64,000 bases of DNA from Takakia lepidozioides (taxonomy: Eukaryota; Plantae; Bryophyta), in NCBI GenBank assembly GCA_030704615.1, contig CM060731.1:68200001-68264000 (forward strand), in the 5' to 3' direction. Both the position numbers and the translations under genes were made by a program. Positions 1 through 11,673 of the stretch are shown here, in pieces (the stretch's first letter is position 1; the number at the start of each line of letters is the position of its first letter). Below the pieces are notes generated by a model. That model was not told where the DNA came from. It made no database searches and saw nothing but the letters and a program-made list of their open reading frames with translations.

Positions 1-1477
1 ACATTAACCAACATTTAGCCAAATCTCCTCCAGGTTGCATTCGGCGGACAATGCTCACACCACTGCCTTGGCCCACAGCGGACATCTTGAACAAATACAC
101 TTTGGACGAGCCCTGGCCAGGGAAGATACTGTTTTGAATGAATTCATAGCGACTCCTCCGTTTGAGGTCCATAATGTTGTCCATGAATCCAGCAGTGCCT
201 GTGCCCATTCTGAGTGCATTCACCTGGTTTCGAATATTGGGAGAGCTCAACACGGAGAAATGGTCCATGACTGCCTCAAGGGAATCTGCATCCAGCATTG
301 GCTGTGTCGCATCCCCTTCACCCAGTATGTGTTTTTCCAGGAATGCCTTGCTAGCTGCAAGCGCTATAGCAGAAGGTGTTGCAGAAGGGGCATTATGGAA
401 CTCTTGCTTCAGTAGATTTCTAGCGATGTCCACGCTATCCCTGCAACTCCCTTTGGACACAGGATGCTCGTGTGCACCCATATGAATGCAGGCACGAGTC
501 ATTGTCTTGCATCGATGTGCCACCTGATACATACGAGCGTGGCAAACAGAAACACAGGACGGGGAAAGTTTGCAGAACCTGCACACAAAAGTATTGGTCT
601 TGGGAGGTGCAAGCCCTGGGGTGAAAGGATTCAGGGGCACACCTTCCCACTCACTTTCGTTTGGCTGAGCGCTGTTTCTCAGCCGAGGGCAAGAAATATT
701 CAGGCACTTGCAATGCCCAACGCAAACCGACCTCCGAAATTTCAAGCCAATGTCGTTATGGATGTTCGAAGTTTTTGTCCTGCACCAAGGATGTCCGTCA
801 TGTTTCTTGTCCATGCCCTGCAGAAGCCCAGCCAGTCCACTGGAAGACGTGGGAGGGTTGAGCTCAAACAAGATGTCCCCATCAAACTGAGCTGGCACGT
901 ATTGAACCCGTTGCACTGGAAGGGACTCCCAATCAACAAAACGTAGCTCGCTCTTGCACCCAGGCACACCTGCGAGGGCTTTCAATTTTGGAATGACACT
1001 TGTTATCTCTTGCAATTCGTCATCATCCAATAAGGGAGTTTGCACTGGCGGAGGAATCTCAGAAACATCCTCCGAGGACGAGTCCGAAAGAGTAACGAAG
1101 GTAGTGGATGTGCTCACCTCTTGTTTCACAGGAACTGTGCCCTTCTGTTGCACGACCGATGCTGCAGTGCCAGGGGTAACGACTGATCCTGCTGATTGTC
1201 TTCTCTCTTTTCCAAGGACACGGTATGTTCCTGGAAGGACTCTCCACTTCCTTCCACACTCGCCAACCAAGGGTTTCTCCAAGTGCCCAGAATCCAAATT
1301 CCCATCCTCGTCATACACCTCTTTCTGAACAAGCAGAGAACCCAACTCCAGCGGGAACACTGTAACCAGCTCATCCTCATGAACAACTGCATACCCATCG
1401 TCGTCTGCAGTGGCAGTCAGTGGAAGAGTACCTGCATTGGAATGGAATCGAGCGAGTGCATCTCGCTCCCTCGACAT
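1..1477 (-). CDS. MULE/Mutator-like transposase, N-terminal part with GCM/WRKY-like zinc finger (runs off left edge)
   Basis: Minus-strand frame open from ATG at 1477 to base 1; absent from the ORF track because no stop lies in the window. Manual translation gives MDKKHDGHPW..TSNI..FRRSVCVGHCKCLNISC..CRFCK..C..CHARMY..RACIHMGAHEHPV and ..IFPGQGSSKVYLFKMSAVGQGSGVSIVRRMQPGGDLAKCWLM, which I recognise as the region just before the first catalytic D of a MULE-type transposase family. Confidence 0.75.
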   Translation of the reverse strand, partial: MSRERDALARFHSNAGTLPLTATADDDGYAVVHEDELVTVFPLELGSLLVQKEVYDEDGNLDSGHLEKPLVGECGRKWRVLPGTYRVLGKERRQSAGSVVTPGTAASVVQQKGTVPVKQEVSTSTTFVTLSDSSSEDVSEIPPPVQTPLLDDDELQEITSVIPKLKALAGVPGCKSELRFVDWESLPVQRVQYVPAQFDGDILFELNPPTSSSGLAGLLQGMDKKHDGHPWCRTKTSNIHNDIGLKFRRSVCVGHCKCLNISCPRLRNSAQPNESEWEGVPLNPFTPGLAPPKTNTFVCRFCKLSPSCVSVCHARMYQVAHRCKTMTRACIHMGAHEHPVSKGSCRDSVDIARNLLKQEFHNAPSATPSAIALAASKAFLEKHILGEGDATQPMLDADSLEAVMDHFSVLSSPNIRNQVNALRMGTGTAGFMDNIMDLKRRSRYEFIQNSIFPGQGSSKVYLFKMSAVGQGSGVSIVRRMQPGGDLAKCWLM

Positions 1478-2808
1478 GTTTTCCAGCACTGAACGAAACT
1501 GCCGATTCAGAACGGAATCCCCGAACTGAGAGCCCGTAATTATCGAAAGTGGAAATACCACCAGCAAACTGAGGTCAACAAGGGTAGCACCAAACCAAAG
1601 GCTGCCGGCGATGCATGCCAAGGATGTAGGGATGACGTGCACCTTCACCTCCCACCAACCAGAAAAACCGTTTTGAAAGACCAGAGCCACAAGAAGCCGT
1701 ACTGTTTTTGGATGGAAAACAAACCCTGAAAATGACATGAAACCATCCATTATGAAATGACGGCAACAACCCTGGAGAGCAGTAAACAGGAAGATCCGAT
1801 TGTAATGAGATTGTGTTGCGCCAGAATAGCACAGAACAAACACCGACACTTCAAGAGATACCTCGCACGAATGTGTGCAACACATGGTCATATCCGACAC
1901 AATCCTTTATACCGAATGACCCCATGGGGACGGTCACGGCATAAAAAAAACCACAGGGCATGCAGTACAACACACGTGGATGCATATGTGAAGCATAACA
2001 ATTATTGCGAATCTGGAAGAACTGCTCGGAATTGAAAAAGCACTACATTTCTACGGCGCATTCGAATTTGAAAGAAGGCAAGGAGGCCGCCATGTATTGG
2101 CAGGCGGCGAAGTACATCTGACATATATCGCAAATGCATGCAACGGATGTTCTTTTTCTTCGGCGCTTTATTAGCTGGGTAATACAAAGACGACAAAATG
2201 GATGAATTCCGTTCGCACACAATATCAACACCCGCATCCAAATACGGTTGACAACGTCCATTTTTATTTTGTTACATGCGATACCAGCACTTGTTGCAAA
2301 CGTCAAACTGGAGAGCTCCAGGGGCATCGTGGGGAGCCCTTGTTTCCAGCGGAGGAGAAAGAGAAGGAAGTCATTATACTTCACGAGTTCTAGAAACAGG
2401 AATAGAGCTAGATATAGAATGAGGATGGAAAGAGTGGAGGAAGAGGAAAAGGAGGAAGAAGAGGGAATACAGGAAAGTGTGGCGATGGAGGAGCAGGAAT
2501 CTGGAGAAGAACAACAACCCACCATAGTTCCAGGAACAGGCGAGGAGGACACTGCGTCTGAGGGAGAGACAGACGACATGGAGGAAGATGTTGACACTGG
2601 CCTCACGAACGATCTGACCACGGGAAAGAGGAAGGGGGAGAGGCTCACCTACATAGTCGGCGAAGAGAGCAGCCCGAAGCGGAAAGGGTCCCCGGCAACT
2701 GGGGAGTCTTCTCGAGTAGCTAGGAAAAGGTAAAATCTACAGGACCCATATTTGTGAAGAATTCGGCTTTCAATGGCAGGTATTTGTGAAAGAAAGAACC
2801 ATTCAGCG

Positions 2809-5800
2809 GCAGCTCAAACAGTGTGCGTTGCCGCACACTGTTTGAGCTGCACATGTCACTGTTTAAGGGTGCAAAATTCTTCCTTCAACGACACCTTTCT
2901 GAGGATGAAATGAACCCCGCACTGCCAGCTCAAACAGTGTGCGGCAACGCACACTGTTTGAGCAGATCTTTTCAATGTTGTAGGGTGCAAAATTTGGCCT
3001 TGGAGTCAGTTATCTGCAGGTGAAATGAACCCTTCCCAGCCAGCCCAAACAGTGTGCGGCGCCGCACACTGTTTGAGCTGAACATTTCAATGTTTCTGGG
3101 TGCAAAATTTGGACTTCAGGGGCACCTTTCTGAGGATGGAATGAACCCTGCACTGCCAGCTCAAACAGTGTGCGGCAACGCACACTGTTTGAGCTGAACA
3201 TTTCAATGTTTAAGGGTGCAAAATTTGGACTTCATGGGTACCTTTCTGAGGATGGAGTGAACCCTGCAATGCCAGCTCAAACAGTGTGCGGCAACGCACA
3301 CTGTTTGAGCTGAACATTTCAATGTTTAAGGGTGCAAAATTTGGACTTCATGGGTACCTTTCTGAGGATGGAATGAACCCTGCACTGCCAGCTCAAACAG
3401 TGTGCGGCAACGCACACTGTTTGAGCTGAACATTTCAATGTTTCAGGGTGGAAAATTTGAACTCCAGGGGCACCTATCTGAGGATGAAATGAACCCTACA
3501 CTGTCAGCTTAACAGTGTGCGGCAACGCATACTGTTTGAGCTGAACACTTCAATGTTTCAGGGTGCAAAATTTGGACTTCAGGGGCACCAGTTTGAGGAT
3601 GAAATGAACCCTTCAATGTCAGCCCAACAGTGTGCGGCAACGCACACTGTTTGAGCTGAACACTTCAATGTTTCAGGGTGCAAAATTTGGACTTCAGAGG
3701 CACCTCTCTGAGGATGAGATGAACCCTTCACTGTCAGCCCAAACAGTGTGCGGCAACGCACACTGTTCGAGCTGAACATTTCAATGTTTCTGGGTGCAAA
3801 ATTTGGTCTTCAGGGGCACCTGTTTGAGGATGAAATGAACCCTTCACTGTCAGCCCAAACAGGGTGCGGCAACGCACACTGTTTGAGCTGAGCACTTCAA
3901 TGTTTCTTGGTGCAAAATTTGGACTTCAGGGGCACCTATCTCAGGATGAAATGAACCCTTGCTGCCAGCTCAAACAGTGTGCGGCAACGCACACTGTTTG
4001 AGCTGAACATTTCAATGTTTCTGGGTGCAAAATTTGGTCTCAGGGCACCTGTTTGAGGATGAAATGAACCCTTCACTGTCAGCCCAACAGTGTGCGGCAA
4101 CGCACACTGTTTGAGCTGAACATTTCAATGTTTCAGGGTGCAAAATTTGGACTTCAGGGGCACCTGTCTGAGGATGAAATGAACCCTTCACTGTCAGCCC
4201 AAACAGTGTGCGGCAACGCACACTGTTTGAGCTGAACATTTCAATGTTTCTGGGTGCAAAATTTGGTCTTCAGGGCACCTGTTTGAGGATGAAATGAACC
4301 CTTCACTGTCAGCCCAAACAGTGTGCGGCAACGCACACTGTTTGAGCTGAACATTTCAATGTTTTAGGGTGCAAAATTTGGTCTTCAGGGGCACCTGTTT
4401 GAGGATGAAATGAACCCTTCACTGTCACAGCCCAAACAGTGTGCGGCAACGCACACTGTTTGAGCTGAGCATTTCAATGTTTCTGGTGCAAAATTTGGAC
4501 TTCAGGGGCACCTATCTGAGGATGAAATGAACCCTTGCTGCCAGCTCAAACAGTGTGCGGCAACGCACACTGTTTGAGCTGAACATTTCAATGTTTTAGG
4601 GTGCAAAATTTGGTCTTCATGTCTGTTATGTGAGGGTGAAATGAACCCTTCACTGCCAGCTCAGACAGTGTGCGGCAACGCACACTGTTTGAGCTGAGCA
4701 TTTCAATGTTTCTGGGTGCAAAATTTGGACTTCAGGGGCACCTGTGTGAGGGTGAAATGAACCCTTCACTGCCAGCTCAGACGTGTGCGGCAACGCACAC
4801 TGTTTGAGCTGAGCATTTCAATGTTTCTGGGTGCAAAATTTGGACTTCAGGGGCACCTGTGTGAGGGTGAAATGAACCCTTCACTGCCAGCTCAGACAGT
4901 GTGCGGCAACGCACACTGTTTGAGCTGAGCATTTCAATGTTTCTGGGTGCAAAATTTGGACTTCAGGGGCACCTGTGTGAGGGTGAAATGAACCCTTCAC
5001 TGCCAGCTCAGACAGTGTGCGGCAACGCACACTGTTTGAGCTGAGCATTTCAATGTTTCTGGGTGCAAAATTTGGACTTCAGGGGCACCTGTGTGAGGGT
5101 GAAATGAACCCTTCACTGCCAGCTCAGACAGTGTGCGGCAACGCACACTGTTTGAGCTGAGCATTTCAATGTTTCTGGGTGCAAAATTTGGACTTCAGGG
5201 GCACCTGTGTGAGGGTGAAATGAACCCTTCACTGCCAGCTCAGACAGTGTGCGGCAACGCACACTGTTTGAGCTGAGCATTTCAATGTTTCTGGGTGCAA
5301 AATTTGGACTTCAGGGGCACCTGTGTGAGGGTGAAATGAACCCTTCACTGCCAGCTCAGACAGTGTGCGGCAACGCACACTGTTTGAGCTGAGCATTTCA
5401 ATGTTTCTGGGTGCAAAATTTGGACTTCAGGGGCACCTGTGTGAGGGTGAAATGAACCCTTCACTGCCAGCTCAGACAGTGTGCGGCAACGCACACTGTT
5501 TGAGCTGAACATTTCAATGTTCTAGGGTGCAAAATTTGGACTTCAGGGGCACGTCTCTGAGGATGAGATGAACCCTTCACTGTCAGCCCAAACAGTGTGC
5601 GGCAACGCACACTGTTTGAGCTGAGCACTTCAATGTTTCTTGGTGCAAAATTTGGACTTCAGGGGCACCTATCTCAGGATGAAATGAACACTGTGCTGCC
5701 AGCTCAAACAGTGTGCGGCAACGCACACTGTTTGAGCTGAACATTTCCCTGTTTTAGGGTGCAAAATTTGGTCTTGATGTCTGTTATGTGAGGGTGAAAT

Positions 5801-6315
5801 GAACCCTTCACTGCCAGCTCAGACAGTGTGCGGCAACGCACACTGTTTGAGCTGAACATTTCAATGTTTAAGGGTGCAAAATTTGGTCTTTGCTGTCTGT
5901 TATCTGAGGATGAAATGAACCCTTCAAAACCAGCTCAAACAGCGTGCGGCAACGCACACTGTTTGAGCAGACCTTTTCAATGTTTTAGGGTTCAAAATTG
6001 GTCTTGATTTGTTATGTTAGGGTGAAATGAACCCTTCACTGCCAGCTCGACAGTGTGCGGCAACGCACTCTGTTTGAGCTGAACACTTCAATGTTTCAGG
6101 CTGCAAAATTTGGACTTCAGGGGCACCCCTCTGAGGATGAGATGAATCCTTCACTGTCAGCCCAAACAGTGTGCGGCAACGCACACTGTTTGAGCTGAGC
6201 ATTTCAATGTTTCTGGGTGCAAAATTTGGACTTCAGGGGCACATTTCTGAGTATAAAATGAACCCTTCACTGTCAGCTCAAACAGTCTGCGGAACCGCAC
6301 ACTGTTTAGGCAGAA
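2809..6315. repeat. Tandem array of ~31 x 116-bp units, each with a 40-bp palindrome CAGCTCAAACAGTGTGCG-GCAA-CGCACACTGTTTGAGCTG
   Basis: Directly visible. Palindrome starts at 2810, 2926, 3041, 3157, 3273 ... 6158, 6274 (period 116). Near-identical block of units at ~4657-5500. Confidence 0.97.
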
Positions 6316-6548
6316 CATATGAATATTGAAGGGCGCAACTTTCGGCCCTCATGGGCAGATATTTGAGCAGAACTTTTCAATGTTCTTTCCCTGTGAAAAT
6401 CGGGAACATAGTGCAGGTCCGTGAGGATCAATGAACACTTACCTGGCAGCTCAAAGAACACTTACCTTTTTATCCCACTTTTTCATGCATCGGTCGACGT
6501 TTCATTCCTCTCTTATAAGAATTTGAGTGAACAACCTTGCAGGAGAAA

Positions 6549-9500
6549 ATGCAAAGTGTGGCGGATGAGGTCCCTCAGGGTCAGGGGAAGGAGACCATAG
6601 TTGATGTTGACGATGAGTTTTATGAAAGCAAAGCCGCTGAGATGCTGGGGGGTCAAAAGGTGAACTCTCAGCTTGTGGTTCAAAGTATGCTTGCTCCTGG
6701 TGGGAGGTTGAAGATTCCCCTGTGTAGGTTGGTTTCCATGCCCGTCGTTCGTCCACCCCTTGTCAAAGACATTCTCAAGCTGGAGGCCGAGTTTGTTCAT
6801 GGGTATTTGGATGGATCCGCAGTCTTTTACGTTTCTACTAGGGATTCTAGAGGTAACGAGCTCCTTTTGGATGAGTCAATCGTCGACTCCTGGGACCCCA
6901 TTTGGAGACAGGTGAACGAATCCTTCGAACTTCTTCTCTCCAGGAAACCTTCCACCCAAGTATTCTCGGGGAAGATGTTTCACGTTTGGGATGGCAACCA
7001 CCGGTTGCTTGCATGGATGGCTGTCATTGGGAGGCTGCACTCACAGGAGGAAGAGTGGCATTACTCTGTTCGATCGATGGTGCTTGATTGTGACGACAAC
7101 ATGATGGGTCTTCTGACGGCAATGAATGATGTGAACAGGTTGGTTTCTCATTGTACATGTTGCACTTCTGGTTCCGTTCTTCCTTGATTCAAGTCCTTGA
7201 ATTACATTCTGAAATTCAGATATCATTCTGCAGAGGGACGGAGACATCGCATGTCAAAACGAGTCTGGTTCACACACTGTATAGGATACAAAGGATCGGG
7301 CAGATGCCCTTGACCAACTTCAAGACCATCCTTTCGGCAGAGATGTATAAGAAATGCGAAAGCTCCAAGACTTCGGAAACATGGTACTCGTTGACCCGTG
7401 AGGCTTTCATGGAGTACATGTACACGGTGAGATACATCTTCCTTCATCTGGCCTTTCCATATTCCTGCTTCCACATGTTTGTTTCTGTCTGTCTCCCTTG
7501 ACCTTGGATTGATGCAACTCTCTTGCATTCCCTTGCAGCAAGACATTGCAGATGCAGGGGAGCGTGGCAAACTGGAATACTACAGCTCTACCCCTGAGGA
7601 GAGAAGGACAGCAAAGGGGGTTGAAAGTCACATCCAGAAGGAGATGAACGCTACAAGAAGGACAATAATGAGTGCTTTTGTGAAGCAGTTGAGAATGGCC
7701 GACCCATCATTCGGGCCGCAGTTTCTCCTGGAGATAAAAAACCATTATAACAAGCCAGGCAAGCCGGAGATGGCCCAGGAGAAGTTGCACAGGTTGTCTA
7801 CCGCCGTCGTGTCTTCTGAACAGAAGGTGAAGTGGCTACAGATATGGAACTCCGATCCCACAGTTAGGGATACCCACATGTTCCCAAGGCCAGAGAAGGA
7901 GAAGAAGACCCAGCGTGTCGTTCCTGTCAGTGACAATGTGCTGGACACCTGGCTTCACAAGGCCACTTACTGGAGCCAGGTGTGATGTCCTCTCGTATCT
8001 CACTTTCTTTTCTCTTTTCCTGTCCTTCTCTTCCCATTGCCTCTTACATTCGCTGTGACTGTTTTTGGGTTCATTCTTCCATTTCAATTGTTTTGCAGTT
8101 GGAAGAAAGGGCCCGATCGGTTCTGCATACTCAGCTGGCTGACTATGGCATCACTATGACAGCTCCGAAGGTCTCCTTCGAAGCATACATGAGGAAATGG
8201 AGAGCCACAGTGTGGCACTCTGGTTTCTTTAGAGAGTTCAGCAAGGAGGGTGGCATCAGTCGAACAAATGAGCTTGACCAGCAGGAAAAAGGAGAGGAAG
8301 CCTGGAAACGATGCCTTTACAGGTGCACACCCTTGCACTCTTTGCTTGTGTTGTGGTTGCAATGTGTTGTGTGGCATACTGTTTAAGGGGGTCTTCCTGG
8401 TGTGTTGAAAAAGCTGGGACACAATATGTGCATTGGAAAATGAGGCTGTGTCTGTTCCTGCAGGTACATTAAGTTTGTTCTCTTGGAAGAGAATTGCTTG
8501 GACAAACATCCAGATTTCGTGGACCTTTGGCTTGTCCCTGCTGGCAACCAGACCATGTTCACTGCTGGGATCTTGCATGACTGGGGTCCAGACCATCTTT
8601 CTTCTTGTGGTTGGTATTTGGATTGCCCTCCTTCAGAGACCCCAGCTGTAGAGTTGTCTTTGAGGAGAGAGAATGACCGTATTGCAGCCACTGCCGCAGC
8701 AGCGGACCTCGACATTCATGAGCGTAATCTGAGGACTCTTGCAGAGAAGGAGCCTCCCGCTCAGGATACCCCGGGTAGAGGAAGAAAGGCAAAGGGAAAA
8801 GATGTTGCTGGTGTTGTGGGGAAGGGAAGGGGTAGAGGGAAGGTGGCACAAGGGCAGGGAAGTGTTGCAGCTATTGGCCCTGTGGAGCATGTCCAGCAGA
8901 CTCCACCGCATGGTAGGGGATCCGGGAGAAAAAACAAGGGGGTGGTTGATCCCAAGGACCCGTACCATGCAGTGGAACATCCCACGAGGGTCATTCGTCC
9001 AACCAGGTTGGAGATTGCCAACGTCGGGTTCCTTGCCATGATGGAGTCGAAGAAATCTGATTACAAGGGCGAGCCATCACCAGTGTGGGAGAGGATTGTC
9101 GAGTTCCTCAGCACGGTGCGTGTTCTCTTTGGGTTCTGTGGCTTCTGCTCTCTTTGTCTGCTGTGGGCATGGATCGTTTATAAACTTGTCAGAATTCCAT
9201 TGTATTTTTGTTTGCAGGCTAAAATGACCAAATCGTGGGTGAACGGGAAGGAGAAGCCATATGCAGCGGAACTCATCATCTTGGACATCCCTGATGGGTT
9301 GGCAGTCCCGGATATCCCTCCATCGGGTGCTTGTCCGGGTTGGAATGCATTTGATGAGCGCTACTGGCGGTGGGTTTTTTCCTTTTGCAACTTCTTCCTT
9401 TCCGATGCAGGTGTTTTGGTTCTCATCCAGTCCATCGATGTTCGGTGTCGCCGTGCCCTTGCCAGCTATTTGAAAGCCTCGGGCATGAGAGTCGTGAAGA

Positions 9501-10662
9501 CATGGAATTGTGTGAACAGCATGTACCTTACGAAGGGGGATCGTCCGGGAGAGATGGTGAGTTTCCCTTCTTCTTCCTCTTCTTTTTTGTTCTGGGATTG
9601 TGTTGTATAGGTCGCTCCAACTCATATGTAGGGGCCCGATTTTATTTTGGTTCTTAGTTCCTTGTGGATGTCATGTTCGCAGACTCGTCTGTTTGAAGCT
9701 GTTTGTCTCGTCCGGGTGCATCCACCAACGACTCCGGCCGGCATTACGGAGTTTGCCATCACTCACGGGGGCAAGTTCATAGATGACAGGACAGATCCTC
9801 CCACGGATGACATGCATCACAACTACGTCGACAGCAACGTGTGCTTGCGAAGGGGGAATGGGGTTCCTTGGAGAGGGGCGAGGGAGAGGAGCCCGGCTTT
9901 CATTCAAACGATTGTGGAGTGCTGCACCTACACAGACGCCAGAGTTCTGGATTTGTCGATGGGCACAGGTTCGTCTCTTCAACATTCACATTTCATGAGG
10001 TTTGATTGAGCTTGCACTTTCAGCACTTTCCACCGTTCCGAATGTGTCTTCAATGTCTGCTTACTTCATTCTATTCCACTGCAGGTGCTTCGTACCACGC
10101 TTGCAAGGCCAGTGCGCGACATGTCTTTGGGATTGAAGGGGATGCTGAGATTTACAAGAACCTCCTGATGGGTTTGGGTGGACACACTTCTCAGGTCCTT
10201 CCGAAGCCCCGTCCCGCTGATACTGGTACAGAGGAGACTTCTGACAAGGAGCTGGACTCCGACTTTGCCTGTGAGTAAGTTGAACCTGTGCATGCTTGCA
10301 TTGTTGTTTCAATATCGAGAATCGCTGTTCTTGAGGCAAAGTGCACATGGGAGACATCCTCTTCGTTGGACTTGTGCATTGCATCATTGTGTTAAAAATG
10401 GGATTTTGTGGACATGTGTAGGAGTCCGCGTGCTTCCACTTGCCCTCCTGGGCTATCACACCTATTTGGACTTGTTTTCAGTCCTCCTCGGTCTTGTGTG
10501 CTACCTGTCTATGCGGAGGCACTCGCAGCAAGCATGTCCGTTCATGGCACTCAGAGTCCACCTTGCGATGGCCTTCGTAGAACACGTGGTGTTGGGGCCA
10601 GAATCTTTGTAGATGACATAGCACAGGAGGTGGACATTGATTGTGATGACTGCGACACTTGA
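6549..10662 (+). CDS. Spliced gene: ParB/Sulfiredoxin-like domain + RG-rich linker + beta-class N4C/N6A DNA methyltransferase-like domain
   Basis: Exons read by eye with GT..AG introns, all in phase: 6549-7138, 7234-7426, 7539-7979, 8099-8322, 8464-9115, 9218-9556, 9683-9968, 10085-10270, 10613-10662 (last exon less certain; alternative stop at 10278). Motifs: FHVWDGNHRLLAW (ParB/Srx); ELIILDIPDG (motif IV position); WRGARERSPAFIQTIVECCT..ARVLDLSMGTGASYHACKASARHVFGIEGD (motifs X-I-II, beta order). Confidence 0.82.
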
Positions 10663-11673
10663 TATGAAGTATTCTTTTGGTTTAATTCTGGGACAAATTT
10701 GAAATGGGATGGTTGTGTGTCCTTATTGTCCTCTTTGCAATGTGTGCATGGAATTCACATTCATGGTTCCAAACTATTGTTGGAGATGGGGGTTGCATGG
10801 ACTGCCCGGATTGTTCCTTCAATATATTTGTTGTTTTGTGGACCTCACAGACTTGAGTACATTGCAAAAACAAACAAACCACTTTGTTCTCAATTCTCAA
10901 TTCTCCCCACATCAACCCGCGGAAATAGGTGACACCACTCGGAAATAGGTGACATCCGCGGAAATAGGCACTGTTTGCATGCTGACGTGGCGTGAGCCTG
11001 TGCTGGGCTCACGCTTTCCTGGGCTCACAGGCTCACGCCTCCAGGCTCACGGAATAGCACCCCCCCCCAAGGACATGACGTCGGAGACCTTTGCCGTTGG
11101 GAAGATAGCAGTACGAATAAATGGCGGCGGGGGGTTCGGGTGGGGACTTCACGATGGGAGGGCGGAGCGCCGCCCTCCTTCGCGCCTAACCCCTCAGCTG
11201 ACCGTCAACTTAGCACTCCTGCTAAACTTTTTCTTTATTAGCGTCTGTTCTCACCTCTGCACTAGTGTTTCCGACACTCTAGTCAAGACTATCGTGTTTA
11301 GCGAGGTTCGCCGCCAAAGCTTCTATGCCTGCTTCTTCTCCCCGTTGCATACTCTCTATCGCCTCACATATGTCCCGCCTTACCCTTCCCCTCCTCCCTA
11401 CCCTTCTACACTCATTTCAAGCTATTCCCCACATGTTTGCCACCAGCTTTGGGCCTAGACAACCTTGTCCGATTTTCTTCACCATGTTGAGTACCATGCG
11501 TTGGATATTGTCGGGTTTGACAAGCAGCAGTCCTACTATTCCCAGCCTAGCCTTCAGACGGATCCGAACAAGTACCTACTGGCCAACATGGCTACTGCAA
11601 GCCGCCGGGGACAAATGGTAATGTGACTGCATGAATCGGGGTATTGGAAAAGTCAGCCCAATGCTGAGATGAA

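Larger units (their letters stand above)
1..11068. mobile_element. Mutator-like DNA transposon (partial) carrying transposase, palindromic array and ParB-MTase gene
   Basis: Transposase plus divergent accessory gene. Subterminal short repeats (3x CGGAAATAGG at ~10918-10968; GTGAGCC/GGCTCAC motifs at ~10992-11050) end in ...CGGAATAGCACCCCCCCC at ~11068, a plausible G-rich terminus. The left TIR and TSD lie outside the window. Confidence 0.55.

Noticed and set aside
35-1492. Plus-strand ORFs over the transposase
   Set aside because: Antisense shadows of the minus-strand CDS.
2823-6202. Short ORFs within the array (MFSSNSVRCRTLF...)
   Set aside because: By-products of the repeat; the 116-bp period is not a multiple of 3.
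2890-6260. Hammerhead ribozyme in array units (CTGAGGA..GAAA)
   Set aside because: GAAA follows CTGAGGA after one base with no helix II, no helices I/III are evident, and many units lack the motif.
2809-6315. CRISPR array (palindromic repeat plus spacer)
   Set aside because: The spacers are homologous to each other rather than unique, there are no cas genes, and the context is eukaryotic.
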